From assembly GCA_002410925.1 (NCBI GenBank), contig DHPR01000029.1, positions 1 through 64,000 on the forward strand: 64,000 bases of DNA. The letters are read 5' to 3'. The position numbers and the translations under genes were made by a program. The notes beneath the pieces were generated by a model. It did not search any database and was not told the DNA's origin. It worked only from the letters and a program-made list of their open reading frames with translations. This DNA is from a bacterium UBP13_UBA5359 (lineage in GTDB: Bacteria > UBP13 > UBA5359). Of this stretch, positions 26,810 through 35,195 are shown piece after piece. Each line of letters begins with the position of its first letter. Positions within the stretch are counted from its first letter, which is position 1.

Positions 26810-29143
26810 ATGCGAAAAAAGCAGAGAAAAAGAAAAACAAGCTTTCTCAGGTTGCTTTTCAATACCATCTATACTCTGGCTTTGCTCCTGACAGCAGGTG
26901 TTGTGCTGGGGGTGGGCATCAGCCTATCTCAAGATTTGCCTAATATCAAAGCTATCGGGGAGTATAGGCCGAACGAAACTTCTAAAGTGTATGATGCAAA
27001 TGGGCGCCTTCTTGCAAATTTATGCATAGAAAACAGAGAGTTCGTTCCCATAACCGACATACCTCAGGTTATGCAGAATTCTATTGTGGCTATAGAGGAT
27101 TCACGCTTCTTCAAGCATCATGGTGTAGATATCCGAGGCATAGGGCGAGCTTTGGTCGAAAACTTTCGAGGCGGGGGTATTCGTCAGGGCGGCAGCACAA
27201 TTACACAGCAATTGGCCCGCAATATATTTTTATCGCATAAAAGAACCATTACCCGTAAGCTTCGGGAGGCAATCCTGGCGCTACAGATAGAACGTAAATA
27301 CTCCAAAGAAGAAATCCTCGAGCTTTATCTTAATCAGGTTTATTTCGGCTCCGGTGCCTACGGCATAGAAACAGCTTCGCAGATATACTATGGCAAGAAA
27401 GCCCAAGAGCTTAACCTGGCCGAAGCTGCTCTGCTGGCAGGCCTGCCTAAGGCTCCTTCCAGCTACTCGCCGTACATAAATATGGATTTAGCTAAATCAC
27501 GACAAACCGTAGTCTTAAGACGTATGGCGGACCTCAACTTCATAACCAAGGAAGAGGCAAAGGCCGCAGGGGAAGCTCGCATCCGCCTGGCCGGTACCAG
27601 GACTGCCGGGCTTGCGGATAACAAGGCCCCTTATTTTGTCTCATATCTGCTCTTTCCCCTAATCGACAAATACGGCGCAGACATGGTTTACAAGGGTGGT
27701 CTGCGCATAGAAACCTCTCTTGATCTCGATATGCAGGAAGCGGCGGAAAAAGCTGTCAGTCAGGGCTTGAAAGAAGGGAAGAATCTTCGGGTAAGCCAGG
27801 CCGCACTGGTAGCGCTGGATGTCAAAACAGGACAGATAAAAGCCATGGTCGGGGGACGCAGCTTCAAGGAGAGCCAGTTCAACCGGGCTACGCAGGCCAA
27901 GCGTCAGCCCGGCTCGGCCTTTAAGCCCTTCGTTTATACTGCTGCCATCGATAGCGGTATGAAGCCTGCCGATACCATTGTAGATTCTCCCGTCAGCTAC
28001 GGCTCCGGATCCGGCATATACAGCCCCCGCAACTATGACGGGCGTTTTCGGGGCACAATAACTTTGCGCTCGGCCCTGGAGAGATCCATCAATGTTCCGG
28101 CTGTGAAGCTTATGGATAAATTAGGTATATTGAATGTCCTGGATTACGTCAAACGCATGGGAATCAGCACCGTCAGCCCGGTATATGACAGCCATCTTGC
28201 CTGTGCTCTGGGCGGTCTGACACATGGGGTCATACCACTGGAAATGGCCACAGCCTACGGTGTTCTGGCTAATGAAGGCATAAAATGCCAACCAGCCCCC
28301 ATTCTACGTATCACTGATCGCTGGGGCAACGTCCTGGAGGAGTATAGACCTAGAACAGAGCGCGTTCTCAGACAGGAAACAGCAAATACCATGGTGGATA
28401 TGATGCGAGGGGTCATTACGCGTGGAACCGGGCGGGGTGCTGCTATAGGCTATCCTGCTTCCGGTAAGACCGGTACCACCAGTAGTTATAAGGATGCCTG
28501 GTTTGTAGGCTATACCAATAAGCTGGTAACAGCAGTCTGGATCGGCAATGACAATAACAGGCCCATGGCCCATGGAGTGACCGGAGGAGCCCTTCCGGCC
28601 AGAATATGGTCAGCCTTTATGCGTCCTGCCATGAAGCGATTTCTGGCGCTGGAAGCTGCTTTAAAAGGACCTGCTGAATCTGTGCAACCGCTTGAAGATA
28701 AAGATCTGAATAAGAATGCGGTTCAAGAAAAAACAGCCGAAGAGCAAATGGGTAAGGATGGCTCTATTACCATACAGGTCTGCCCAAGCAGCGGCTTACC
28801 TCCCTCTCCGGATTGCCCGGAAGTAATAACTAAAACATTTGCTTCAGGCAAAGCTCCGTCCGGAACGTGTAACGTGCATGGTGAAGGCAGAAGAGATCCT
28901 GCTGAGAGAAGAACCGATTCTTCCAAAGAGCAAAAGCCGTCCGGGCAGGCTGAGGAGCCTCATGCTGCACAGCCCCGGAATACCGATACTACCGGCGCAA
29001 GAACCACAGGAGTAACCATCTGGCAGGAGGTGCGCTTTTGCCGCCTTACCGGCAAGCCGGCTACCGGTAAATGCCCGGAGACATACACCCGTTATATCAG
29101 AAAGGACAGGATATCACGAGATTTTTGTGAGGTACATAATTAG
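26810..29143 (+). CDS. Class A penicillin-binding protein (PBP1A family)
   Basis: EDSRF..H.G, GGSTITQQ, RKLRE; transpeptidase SAFK, SIN, KTGT; Cys-rich C-terminal tail. Confidence 0.96.
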   Translation: MRKKQRKRKTSFLRLLFNTIYTLALLLTAGVVLGVGISLSQDLPNIKAIGEYRPNETSKVYDANGRLLANLCIENREFVPITDIPQVMQNSIVAIEDSRFFKHHGVDIRGIGRALVENFRGGGIRQGGSTITQQLARNIFLSHKRTITRKLREAILALQIERKYSKEEILELYLNQVYFGSGAYGIETASQIYYGKKAQELNLAEAALLAGLPKAPSSYSPYINMDLAKSRQTVVLRRMADLNFITKEEAKAAGEARIRLAGTRTAGLADNKAPYFVSYLLFPLIDKYGADMVYKGGLRIETSLDLDMQEAAEKAVSQGLKEGKNLRVSQAALVALDVKTGQIKAMVGGRSFKESQFNRATQAKRQPGSAFKPFVYTAAIDSGMKPADTIVDSPVSYGSGSGIYSPRNYDGRFRGTITLRSALERSINVPAVKLMDKLGILNVLDYVKRMGISTVSPVYDSHLACALGGLTHGVIPLEMATAYGVLANEGIKCQPAPILRITDRWGNVLEEYRPRTERVLRQETANTMVDMMRGVITRGTGRGAAIGYPASGKTGTTSSYKDAWFVGYTNKLVTAVWIGNDNNRPMAHGVTGGALPARIWSAFMRPAMKRFLALEAALKGPAESVQPLEDKDLNKNAVQEKTAEEQMGKDGSITIQVCPSSGLPPSPDCPEVITKTFASGKAPSGTCNVHGEGRRDPAERRTDSSKEQKPSGQAEEPHAAQPRNTDTTGARTTGVTIWQEVRFCRLTGKPATGKCPETYTRYIRKDRISRDFCEVHN

Positions 29144-29148
29144 GCTTC

Positions 29149-29208
29149 GGGGGGTGATTGGGGTTGATTATTCAGTATGTAAGTGTGTTTGAAGGCTTTT
29201 GCAAGTTA
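29149..29208 (+). repeat. G-rich dispersed repeat, locus B (one unit)
   Basis: GGGGGGTGATTGGGGTTGATTATTCAGTATGTAAGTGTGTTTGAAGG...TTGCAAGTTA. Confidence 0.8.
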
Positions 29209-29688
29209 GGAAGACATGCTGTGAGAATAACGATCAGCCACTTTGCTGGCACCATAGGAATCGGGTTTGGTTTTAACCTTATAACCACTGCCGGTAACCA
29301 TACCGACTACTTCCTGAATTATCTTGCGGGTCTCTCCTTTATTGCCGACATCCAGGTGTATCTCCAGAGGGAGATCCGCCCAGCCGTTCTCGGATAGCTT
29401 TTCGCTGATTTTGCTGGCCATTTCCAGACTGAGTGCAACCTCATAAAAAATACGCTGATTCAGACCTCTTTGCTTACGCTCTCTTATACGGGAATAAAAG
29501 TAACACCCTCCCTGCCCCACACGATGTACCACTATGGCCGTGATATAGTTTATCACCTCGCCGGGGGCGGAATCCGTGCCTACTATTATATTGTGCTTCT
29601 TCTCAGGCGCTTGCTCGATGAATGTGATGAGACGTTTAAACATCTCCTCAAAACTCATCCTTCCATAAGTCGGACTATTGAAGGTCAA
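29206..29688 (-). CDS. YkuK / DUF458 RNase-H-like protein
   Basis: IIVGTDS, AIVVHRVGQGG, YEVALSL, EIHLDVG, KPDSYGASKVADR. Confidence 0.9.
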   Translation of the reverse strand: MTFNSPTYGRMSFEEMFKRLITFIEQAPEKKHNIIVGTDSAPGEVINYITAIVVHRVGQGGCYFYSRIRERKQRGLNQRIFYEVALSLEMASKISEKLSENGWADLPLEIHLDVGNKGETRKIIQEVVGMVTGSGYKVKTKPDSYGASKVADRYSHSMSS

Positions 29689-29693
29689 TTCCT

Positions 29694-29894
29694 TTACCCC
29701 TTGATTCTGTTGAGACGGGTCTTGAGATCTCTTATTCTGCGCTCGAGTTTCTCTCTTTTATCCTTGAAAGCCGTAGTCCTGTCATACTGCATCAACATGC
29801 TGATGTAAAGCTTATCCAGTTCCCTCAGTTCCCGCTCCAGCCTGCAGATTTTAGCCTGCATCTGCTTCAGCAACAGTTTTTTATTGTTATTCAT
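29694..29894 (-). CDS. Small coiled-coil hypothetical protein
   Basis: Heptad, charge-rich 66 aa ORF ending 5 nt before the ykuK-like gene. Confidence 0.55.
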   Translation of the reverse strand: MNNNKKLLLKQMQAKICRLERELRELDKLYISMLMQYDRTTAFKDKREKLERRIRDLKTRLNRIKG

Positions 29895-30085
29895 CTAATA
29901 TATTGCATCACAATATACGAGTAAAGTCAATCGGCATGCTTCTAGCAGCCCAATAATAAAGACTCGTCACTCATTCCCGCTGTCGGTACCAACCCTTCAT
30001 CGCTCGTTTTATGCTGGAATTTTAGCTAGAGCAGAAAATTCGAGCTTGGAACAAGAGTGAAGGCGAGCACAAGGAGGCAGAAGAG

Positions 30086-30784
30086 ATGCTGTTACCCTTA
30101 AAAGACGAGAACCCTTCCCAAAGCTTTCCTTCGGTTGTCGTCGCACTCATAATCGTTAACTTCCTGATCTTCTTTTATGAATTGTCACTCTCTGTCACTG
30201 GATTGCAAGATCTGGTACAAAGGTTTGGCTTAACACCCAATTATCTGCTCCATCCATCCGCCTCACCCTTTCATCCGGGGTGGCTGACCTACCTTACAAT
30301 TTTCTCTTCCATGTTTTTACACGGCGGTTTTGAACATCTGGCAGGCAACATGCTTTTTCTATGGATTTTCGGAAATAATGTCGAAGATGCAGAGGGACAT
30401 TGGCACTTTCTCTTGTTTTATCTGGCAGCCGGAACAGTGGCCGCTCTGACACAAACAGCGGTATTTCCAGGATCCGAAATACCAAGCATTGGAGCCAGCG
30501 GAGCCATCGCCGGAGTATTGGGAGCATATATAGTTCTGTTTCCCAGAGCTAGAGTAATAACCGTCATCCTGCCCTTCATCTTTTTACCCTTCTATCTTCC
30601 TACCTATATAGTTATCGGCCTATGGTTCTTATTGCAACTCTTCTCTGGATTATTGTCGATCACCGGAAGCTTTGCCGCCCCCATAGCCTTCTTCGCACAT
30701 ATTGGAGGCTTCATTACCGGAATCTTGCTGATAAGGCTTCTTAAACAACGGCGCTTCAGGGTGAAAGAGGGATACCGGTGGTAA
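30086..30784 (+). CDS. Rhomboid intramembrane serine protease
   Basis: SMFLHGG..HLAGNM, GASGA, AHIGG. AAGGAGG RBS. Confidence 0.95.
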   Translation: MLLPLKDENPSQSFPSVVVALIIVNFLIFFYELSLSVTGLQDLVQRFGLTPNYLLHPSASPFHPGWLTYLTIFSSMFLHGGFEHLAGNMLFLWIFGNNVEDAEGHWHFLLFYLAAGTVAALTQTAVFPGSEIPSIGASGAIAGVLGAYIVLFPRARVITVILPFIFLPFYLPTYIVIGLWFLLQLFSGLLSITGSFAAPIAFFAHIGGFITGILLIRLLKQRRFRVKEGYRW

Positions 30785-32513
30785 GCAACGCCTTTTCCAG
30801 AACTCTGCGGGCAATGGGTGCCGCTGTCGCTCCCCCATGTCCTCCCTGTTCCAGAAAAACACAGACGGCTACTCTGGGAGCAGCATAAGGGGCATAGCCG
30901 ACAAACCAGGCGTGCGAACGCCTGGGGGGATCCTCAGCCGTTCCTGTCTTACCGGCCACTTCAATACCCTCAACGGCAGCCAATTTCCCTGTTCCTTTGG
31001 GGTCATTAATAGCGGCCCGCATACCTCTACGCACTATAGCTAGAACATCCTGACGAAGAGGTAAGCTCCGACGCATTACAGGCTCATATTTTCGGATGAC
31101 GGCGCCTCCGGGAGAGATTACAGCCTTTACCAGCAACGGTTTATAAAGCTTTCCGGTAGCTACTGCTGCCGTAGCTAGAGCCATTTGTAGCGGGGAGGCC
31201 TGAACAAAGCCCTGCCCTATAGACATGTTAAGGGTATCTCCTGCGTACCATTTCTGCTTAAAACGTTCTTCCTTCCAGCCGGCCGAAGGTATTTTGCCGG
31301 CAGTCTCTCCTGATAACGGCAATCCGCTCTTCTCCCCCAGGCCAAAAGCTCCGGCATAATGATGCAGGCTCCTCTCTCCCAGTCTACGACCTAATTCATA
31401 GAAGACTATATCGCATGATTGAGCCATCCCCTCCACCAAACTTACTGAACCGTGCCCGCTAAGATCCCAGCAGCGGAAATGCCGCCCGGGTAGCTTATAA
31501 GAACCGCTGCAGTAGAAGCGTTCACCGGGAGCAACCACCCTCTCCTGTAACGCTGCCGAGAGTGTGATCATTTTGAAAGTAGATCCCGGCGGCCAAGCGC
31601 TATGGGAGGCTCTATTCTGTAAGGGGTGATATGGATGGGATGAAAGGTTGTGCCACTCGTTGCGAGTAAGACCGTCGACAAAGATATTCGGATCATAGCC
31701 GGGGCTGCTGGCTATAGCCAATATCTCCCCGTTACGTACATCTACCGCCACCACCGCCCCGGGGCGACCTGCCAGAGCCTCTTCCGCCACGGCCTGAATA
31801 TCTCTATCCAGTGATAACAACAGGCTGCCGCCTTTGACTGCCTCCATATTGGCAAGAACTCTGCTTGATGTTCCTGCAGAGCCGTAATCCACTTGGCTCC
31901 CCCCGTGCGATCCGCGCAGGATAGTATCAAAAGCACCCTCTACACCCGTTTTCCCGATGACATCACCCATGCGATAGCCTAAATGGCGATACTTATCCAG
32001 CTTCTCCCTATCTATTTCGCCGACATAACCTAGCAAATGTGAAGCCAGGCCTTCACGAACGTAGAAACGATAAGGAATTTTTTCTATCAGAATGCCGCGC
32101 AGATGGTCCTTACGCTCCATTACCAAGGTTATTTCTTCTGCAGTAAGTCCTTTTTTAATGACGACCGGGGCAAGCGGTGTAGCCCTATCGGCAGATAAAC
32201 GCAGAGCTACTTCCTCTTGAGGTATATGCAGCATAGCGGCTGCTTTTGCAATTGATTTATTGCTCTTCGTCATACGAGGAAGAACCGCCAGATCGTATCG
32301 AATGCGATTTGATACCAATATATGCCCATGACGATCGAAAATGATTCCTCTTGCCGGTTTTTCCAATAGCAGATGCAATCTGTTGCCTTTGGCCAGGGCA
32401 GCATATTTTTTTCCCTGTATAATTTGCAGTTGAAATAAACGAGCAGCTATTATAGCAACCGCCAGCAACAGCAACAATCCGAATATCCTTACCCTTGAAG
32501 CCTGAAAGTGCAT
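30756..32513 (-). CDS. mrdA: Penicillin-binding protein 2
   Basis: RGIIFDR, GKTGVE, SSPGYDPN, PPGSTFK, SCD, IGQG, KTGTAE. Confidence 0.93.
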   Translation of the reverse strand: MHFQASRVRIFGLLLLLAVAIIAARLFQLQIIQGKKYAALAKGNRLHLLLEKPARGIIFDRHGHILVSNRIRYDLAVLPRMTKSNKSIAKAAAMLHIPQEEVALRLSADRATPLAPVVIKKGLTAEEITLVMERKDHLRGILIEKIPYRFYVREGLASHLLGYVGEIDREKLDKYRHLGYRMGDVIGKTGVEGAFDTILRGSHGGSQVDYGSAGTSSRVLANMEAVKGGSLLLSLDRDIQAVAEEALAGRPGAVVAVDVRNGEILAIASSPGYDPNIFVDGLTRNEWHNLSSHPYHPLQNRASHSAWPPGSTFKMITLSAALQERVVAPGERFYCSGSYKLPGRHFRCWDLSGHGSVSLVEGMAQSCDIVFYELGRRLGERSLHHYAGAFGLGEKSGLPLSGETAGKIPSAGWKEERFKQKWYAGDTLNMSIGQGFVQASPLQMALATAAVATGKLYKPLLVKAVISPGGAVIRKYEPVMRRSLPLRQDVLAIVRRGMRAAINDPKGTGKLAAVEGIEVAGKTGTAEDPPRRSHAWFVGYAPYAAPRVAVCVFLEQGGHGGATAAPIARRVLEKALLTTGIPLSP

Positions 32514-32588
32514 TATTCTCTCCGAATACTTATTCGGCTTTTCCGCCTTCAGTCTATATATCCGTCATTATAACACGATGGTTTCTCA

Positions 32589-32617
32589 TTGACACATTCC
32601 CACATTGGCGCTAATAT
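32589..32617 (+). promoter_or_regulatory. Sigma-70 promoter of the corA leader
   Basis: TTGACA-N17-TAATAT, about 230 nt upstream of corA. Confidence 0.6.
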
Positions 32618-32661
32618 TAAGTGTCAACCGGTATCAATGCAACAAAGGCAGGTGGGGAATA

Positions 32662-32757
32662 ATGGAAGCGGACGGTAGTAGTATCCATCATAAATATACT
32701 TTCATTCCCTTTCATTGCTCAGGCCTGCCTGTTTATGTAAACGGTCAGGATATTTAA
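32662..32757 (+). CDS. Putative 31-aa leader peptide upstream of corA
   Basis: MEADGSSIHHKYTFIPFHCSGLPVYVNGQDI*, with GGTGGGG just upstream. Lies between the promoter and the terminator. Confidence 0.3.
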   Translation: MEADGSSIHHKYTFIPFHCSGLPVYVNGQDI

Positions 32758-32789
32758 GCATCTCCAAAGTTTTCATCCTCCGTAACTGT

Positions 32790-32833
32790 GGCCTGCGCTT
32801 TTCCGCTAGAAAGGGAAGCAGCAGGCTATTTTT
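32790..32833 (+). terminator. Attenuator-type terminator directly before the corA RBS
   Basis: GGCCTGC-GCTTTTCC-gctagaaa-GGGAAGC-a-GCAGGCT then ATTTTT. Confidence 0.7.
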
Positions 32834-32849
32834 ATGGGAGGTAAGGCTC

Positions 32850-33824
32850 ATGATAGATGTTATGAAAACAGTTGAAGATAAATTGGTCATCCTGGATAAC
32901 GATTTTGAGAAGGGTTGCTGGATAAACCTGGTTAATCCCTCTGAAGAAGAGATTCTGGATGTTTGCAAGCGCACAGGTATCCTTCCGGCCTTTATTCAAT
33001 CCGCATTAGATGAAGAGGAGCGTTCCCATATTGAAACAGAAGATGACCAGGTTCTGCTGCTCATAAATATTCCATTTATCAAAGAAGAGAACAACTCCCT
33101 TTTCTTCGACACCATACCGCTGGGCATAATCGTTACGGCTGATGCCATCGTTACCGTTTGTTTGCAGAACAACCCTATCATAAGCGGTTTTATGAAAGGT
33201 ATTGATAAGAGTTTTTATACTTTTAAGAAGAGCCGTTTCATCCTGCAGATACTCTATCGGACATCAACCACCTATCTGCGCTTTCTAAAGCAAATATACA
33301 GAAAAATCAATCTGACCGAGGGGCAACTTCGAGAGTCAACCAGGAATGAAGCTGTTTTCCGTCTGCTGGACCTGGAAAAGAGTCTGGTCTATTTCACTAC
33401 CTCATTATGCTCCAATGAAGTGGTTATGGAAAAGCTGATGCGGCCCCGCCTGCGTGGCATGGATCCGGATGCCGAAGCTGCATCAAGGGTTTTGAAATTC
33501 TATCCTGAAGATGAGGAACTGTTGGAGGACGTTATAACCGAAAACAAACAGGCTATAGAGATGGCCAATATATATAGCAATCTGCTCAGCGGCCTGATGG
33601 ATGCCTTTGCCTCCATCATATCCAACAATCTGAATATCGTCATGAGATTTCTGACATCCGTCACGATAATCGTGGCCTTGCCCACTATGGTTTACAGTTT
33701 TTTCGGCATGAATGTGAGCCTGCCTATACAACATAACCCACATGCCGCCCTCTGGATTGTGGGCATCTCGGTAATGATCTCTATAGCTGCAACCCTAGTC
33801 TTATGGCAGCGGCGTATGCTCTAG
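32850..33824 (+). CDS. corA: CorA-family Mg2+ transporter
   Basis: WINLVNP, ALDEEE, LEKSLVYF, SNNLN.VM, PT...SFFGMN. GGAGG RBS before ATG 32850. Confidence 0.95.
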   Translation: MIDVMKTVEDKLVILDNDFEKGCWINLVNPSEEEILDVCKRTGILPAFIQSALDEEERSHIETEDDQVLLLINIPFIKEENNSLFFDTIPLGIIVTADAIVTVCLQNNPIISGFMKGIDKSFYTFKKSRFILQILYRTSTTYLRFLKQIYRKINLTEGQLRESTRNEAVFRLLDLEKSLVYFTTSLCSNEVVMEKLMRPRLRGMDPDAEAASRVLKFYPEDEELLEDVITENKQAIEMANIYSNLLSGLMDAFASIISNNLNIVMRFLTSVTIIVALPTMVYSFFGMNVSLPIQHNPHAALWIVGISVMISIAATLVLWQRRML

Positions 33825-33964
33825 GCAGGTAGGCCTTCCTCGGCTTGATATCAGGCAGACTGGCGACTGAATTAGTGCTATAATCAAGTAGCGGTCGTTG
33901 AACAATTGCAAGCAAAAGCCTGCAGCAATATACCGAATACCAGAGGGAAAAGGATAGGGGTTTT

Positions 33965-34147
33965 ATGAAAAAATGCTGGGAAACAGCCATCGATAAGCGC
34001 TTCTGCACCACTTGCCCGGCTTTTCTTAAACAGATTCCCTGCTGGACGATAAAACAGAGTCTCTGTGTTGTAGGTTGCCAGGATACCAACTGCTATGACT
34101 GTTCGTTTTTTAATAGTACCCTCTCCCGCTTAGCACCCCCTTCCTGA
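33965..34147 (+). CDS. Small Cys-rich protein (two-CW-domain-like)
   Basis: KKCWE...CTTCPAF...PCW...C...C...CYDCSFF. AGGGG RBS. Confidence 0.7.
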   Translation: MKKCWETAIDKRFCTTCPAFLKQIPCWTIKQSLCVVGCQDTNCYDCSFFNSTLSRLAPPS

Positions 34148-34158
34148 TATCAAGATCT

Positions 34159-34184
34159 GTTTTATATATAGCCTTACAGGGTAG
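34159..34184 (+). promoter_or_regulatory. Sigma-B-like promoter
   Basis: GTTTTA-N14-GGGTAG upstream of repeat locus C and the phosphorylase/deaminase pair. Confidence 0.4.
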
Positions 34185-34194
34185 AAATATAAGA

Positions 34195-34390
34195 GGGGGT
34201 TGGGGTTGGTTGTTCAGTGTTTAAGTGCGTTTGAAGGTTTAGGAGTCAGGAGCCAGGAGGGTTGGAGTTGGTTGCTCAGTATGTAAGTGCGTTTGCAGGC
34301 TTGGAAGACAGAAGATTGAGCTCGTTTGTTAGGTCTGTTTCTGTCGGCTTCTGGGGGGTTGATTGGGGTTGGAGTGCGGTTGCAAGTTAA
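34195..34390 (+). repeat. G-rich dispersed repeat, locus C (two units plus a degenerate tail)
   Basis: GGGGTTGGTTGTTCAGTGTTTAAGTGCGTTTGAAGGTTTAGGAGTCAGGAGCCAGGAGGGTTGGAGTTGGTTGCTCAGTATGTAAGTGCGTTTGCAGG is collinear with locus A. Confidence 0.85.
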
Positions 34391-34400
34391 GGAGAGCGGT

Positions 34401-35195
34401 ATGAGTATAGAATTAGCCGTCATCGGTGGTACAGGCCTTGATCTAACCAATATGATGACGGGCAGAGAAGAGATTGAAGTCCTCACATCCTACGGTAAAG
34501 CGCTGGTAAATAGAGGTATGCTGGCAGGTGTAAAGATACTCTTCATGTATCGCCACGGACAGGAGCATACCATACCTCCACATAGCATAAATTATAGGGC
34601 TAATATAGCGGCACTCAAAGAGCTGGGAGCTAATGCCGTTATAGCCTCTGCTGCAGTCGGATCCATACACAAGGAGTATTCTCCGGGAGATCTTGTCCTG
34701 CCTGACCAGTTTATTGATTTTACTAAAGCCCGACATCATACTTTTTTTGACGAGCCGGGTAAGGTGGTACATACCGACATGACGGAACCCTTCTGTCCCG
34801 GCTTAAGATCGGCAATAAACGCCGCCGCCGGAAGAATAGGAACAAAAATACATTCGAACGGCACCTATGTCTGCGTGGAGGGTCCTCGCTTTGAGACAGC
34901 GGCAGAGATCAGAGCATATGCATTGCTGGGTGGTGATCTGACCGGTATGACCGTCGTACCTGAAATTATTCTGGCACGAGAGGCCGGCATATGCTATGCA
35001 GCCATAGCCATAGTAACCAATTATGGCGCCGGGATCTCGTCCACCCTCCTGACCCACCGGGAGGTTTGCGAAATGATGCTTATTCAGGAACCCCGGTTGA
35101 TCAGCATTCTTAGAGAAACAATTGTCGCCTCAATAGATATGGAGAAATGCGCCTGCACCAAATCCGTGGATATACCGGAGGACATCTGCGAATGA
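34401..35195 (+). CDS. MtnP-family phosphorylase, probably methylthioinosine-specific
   Basis: AVIGGTG, RHG..H..PPH.INYRANI, EGPRFET.AE, GMT..PE. VTNYGAG (Asn) instead of the TDYD of adenine-specific MTAPs. Confidence 0.9.
   Translation: MSIELAVIGGTGLDLTNMMTGREEIEVLTSYGKALVNRGMLAGVKILFMYRHGQEHTIPPHSINYRANIAALKELGANAVIASAAVGSIHKEYSPGDLVLPDQFIDFTKARHHTFFDEPGKVVHTDMTEPFCPGLRSAINAAAGRIGTKIHSNGTYVCVEGPRFETAAEIRAYALLGGDLTGMTVVPEIILAREAGICYAAIAIVTNYGAGISSTLLTHREVCEMMLIQEPRLISILRETIVASIDMEKCACTKSVDIPEDICE

Noticed and set aside
30001-30070. Imperfect stem-loop upstream of the rhomboid gene
   Set aside because: Pairing relies on several G-U pairs and AT-rich arms, with no known motif or expression platform.
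32620-32790. M-box (ykoK) riboswitch upstream of corA
   Set aside because: Conserved M-box blocks were not found by eye; kept only as an unclassified leader.
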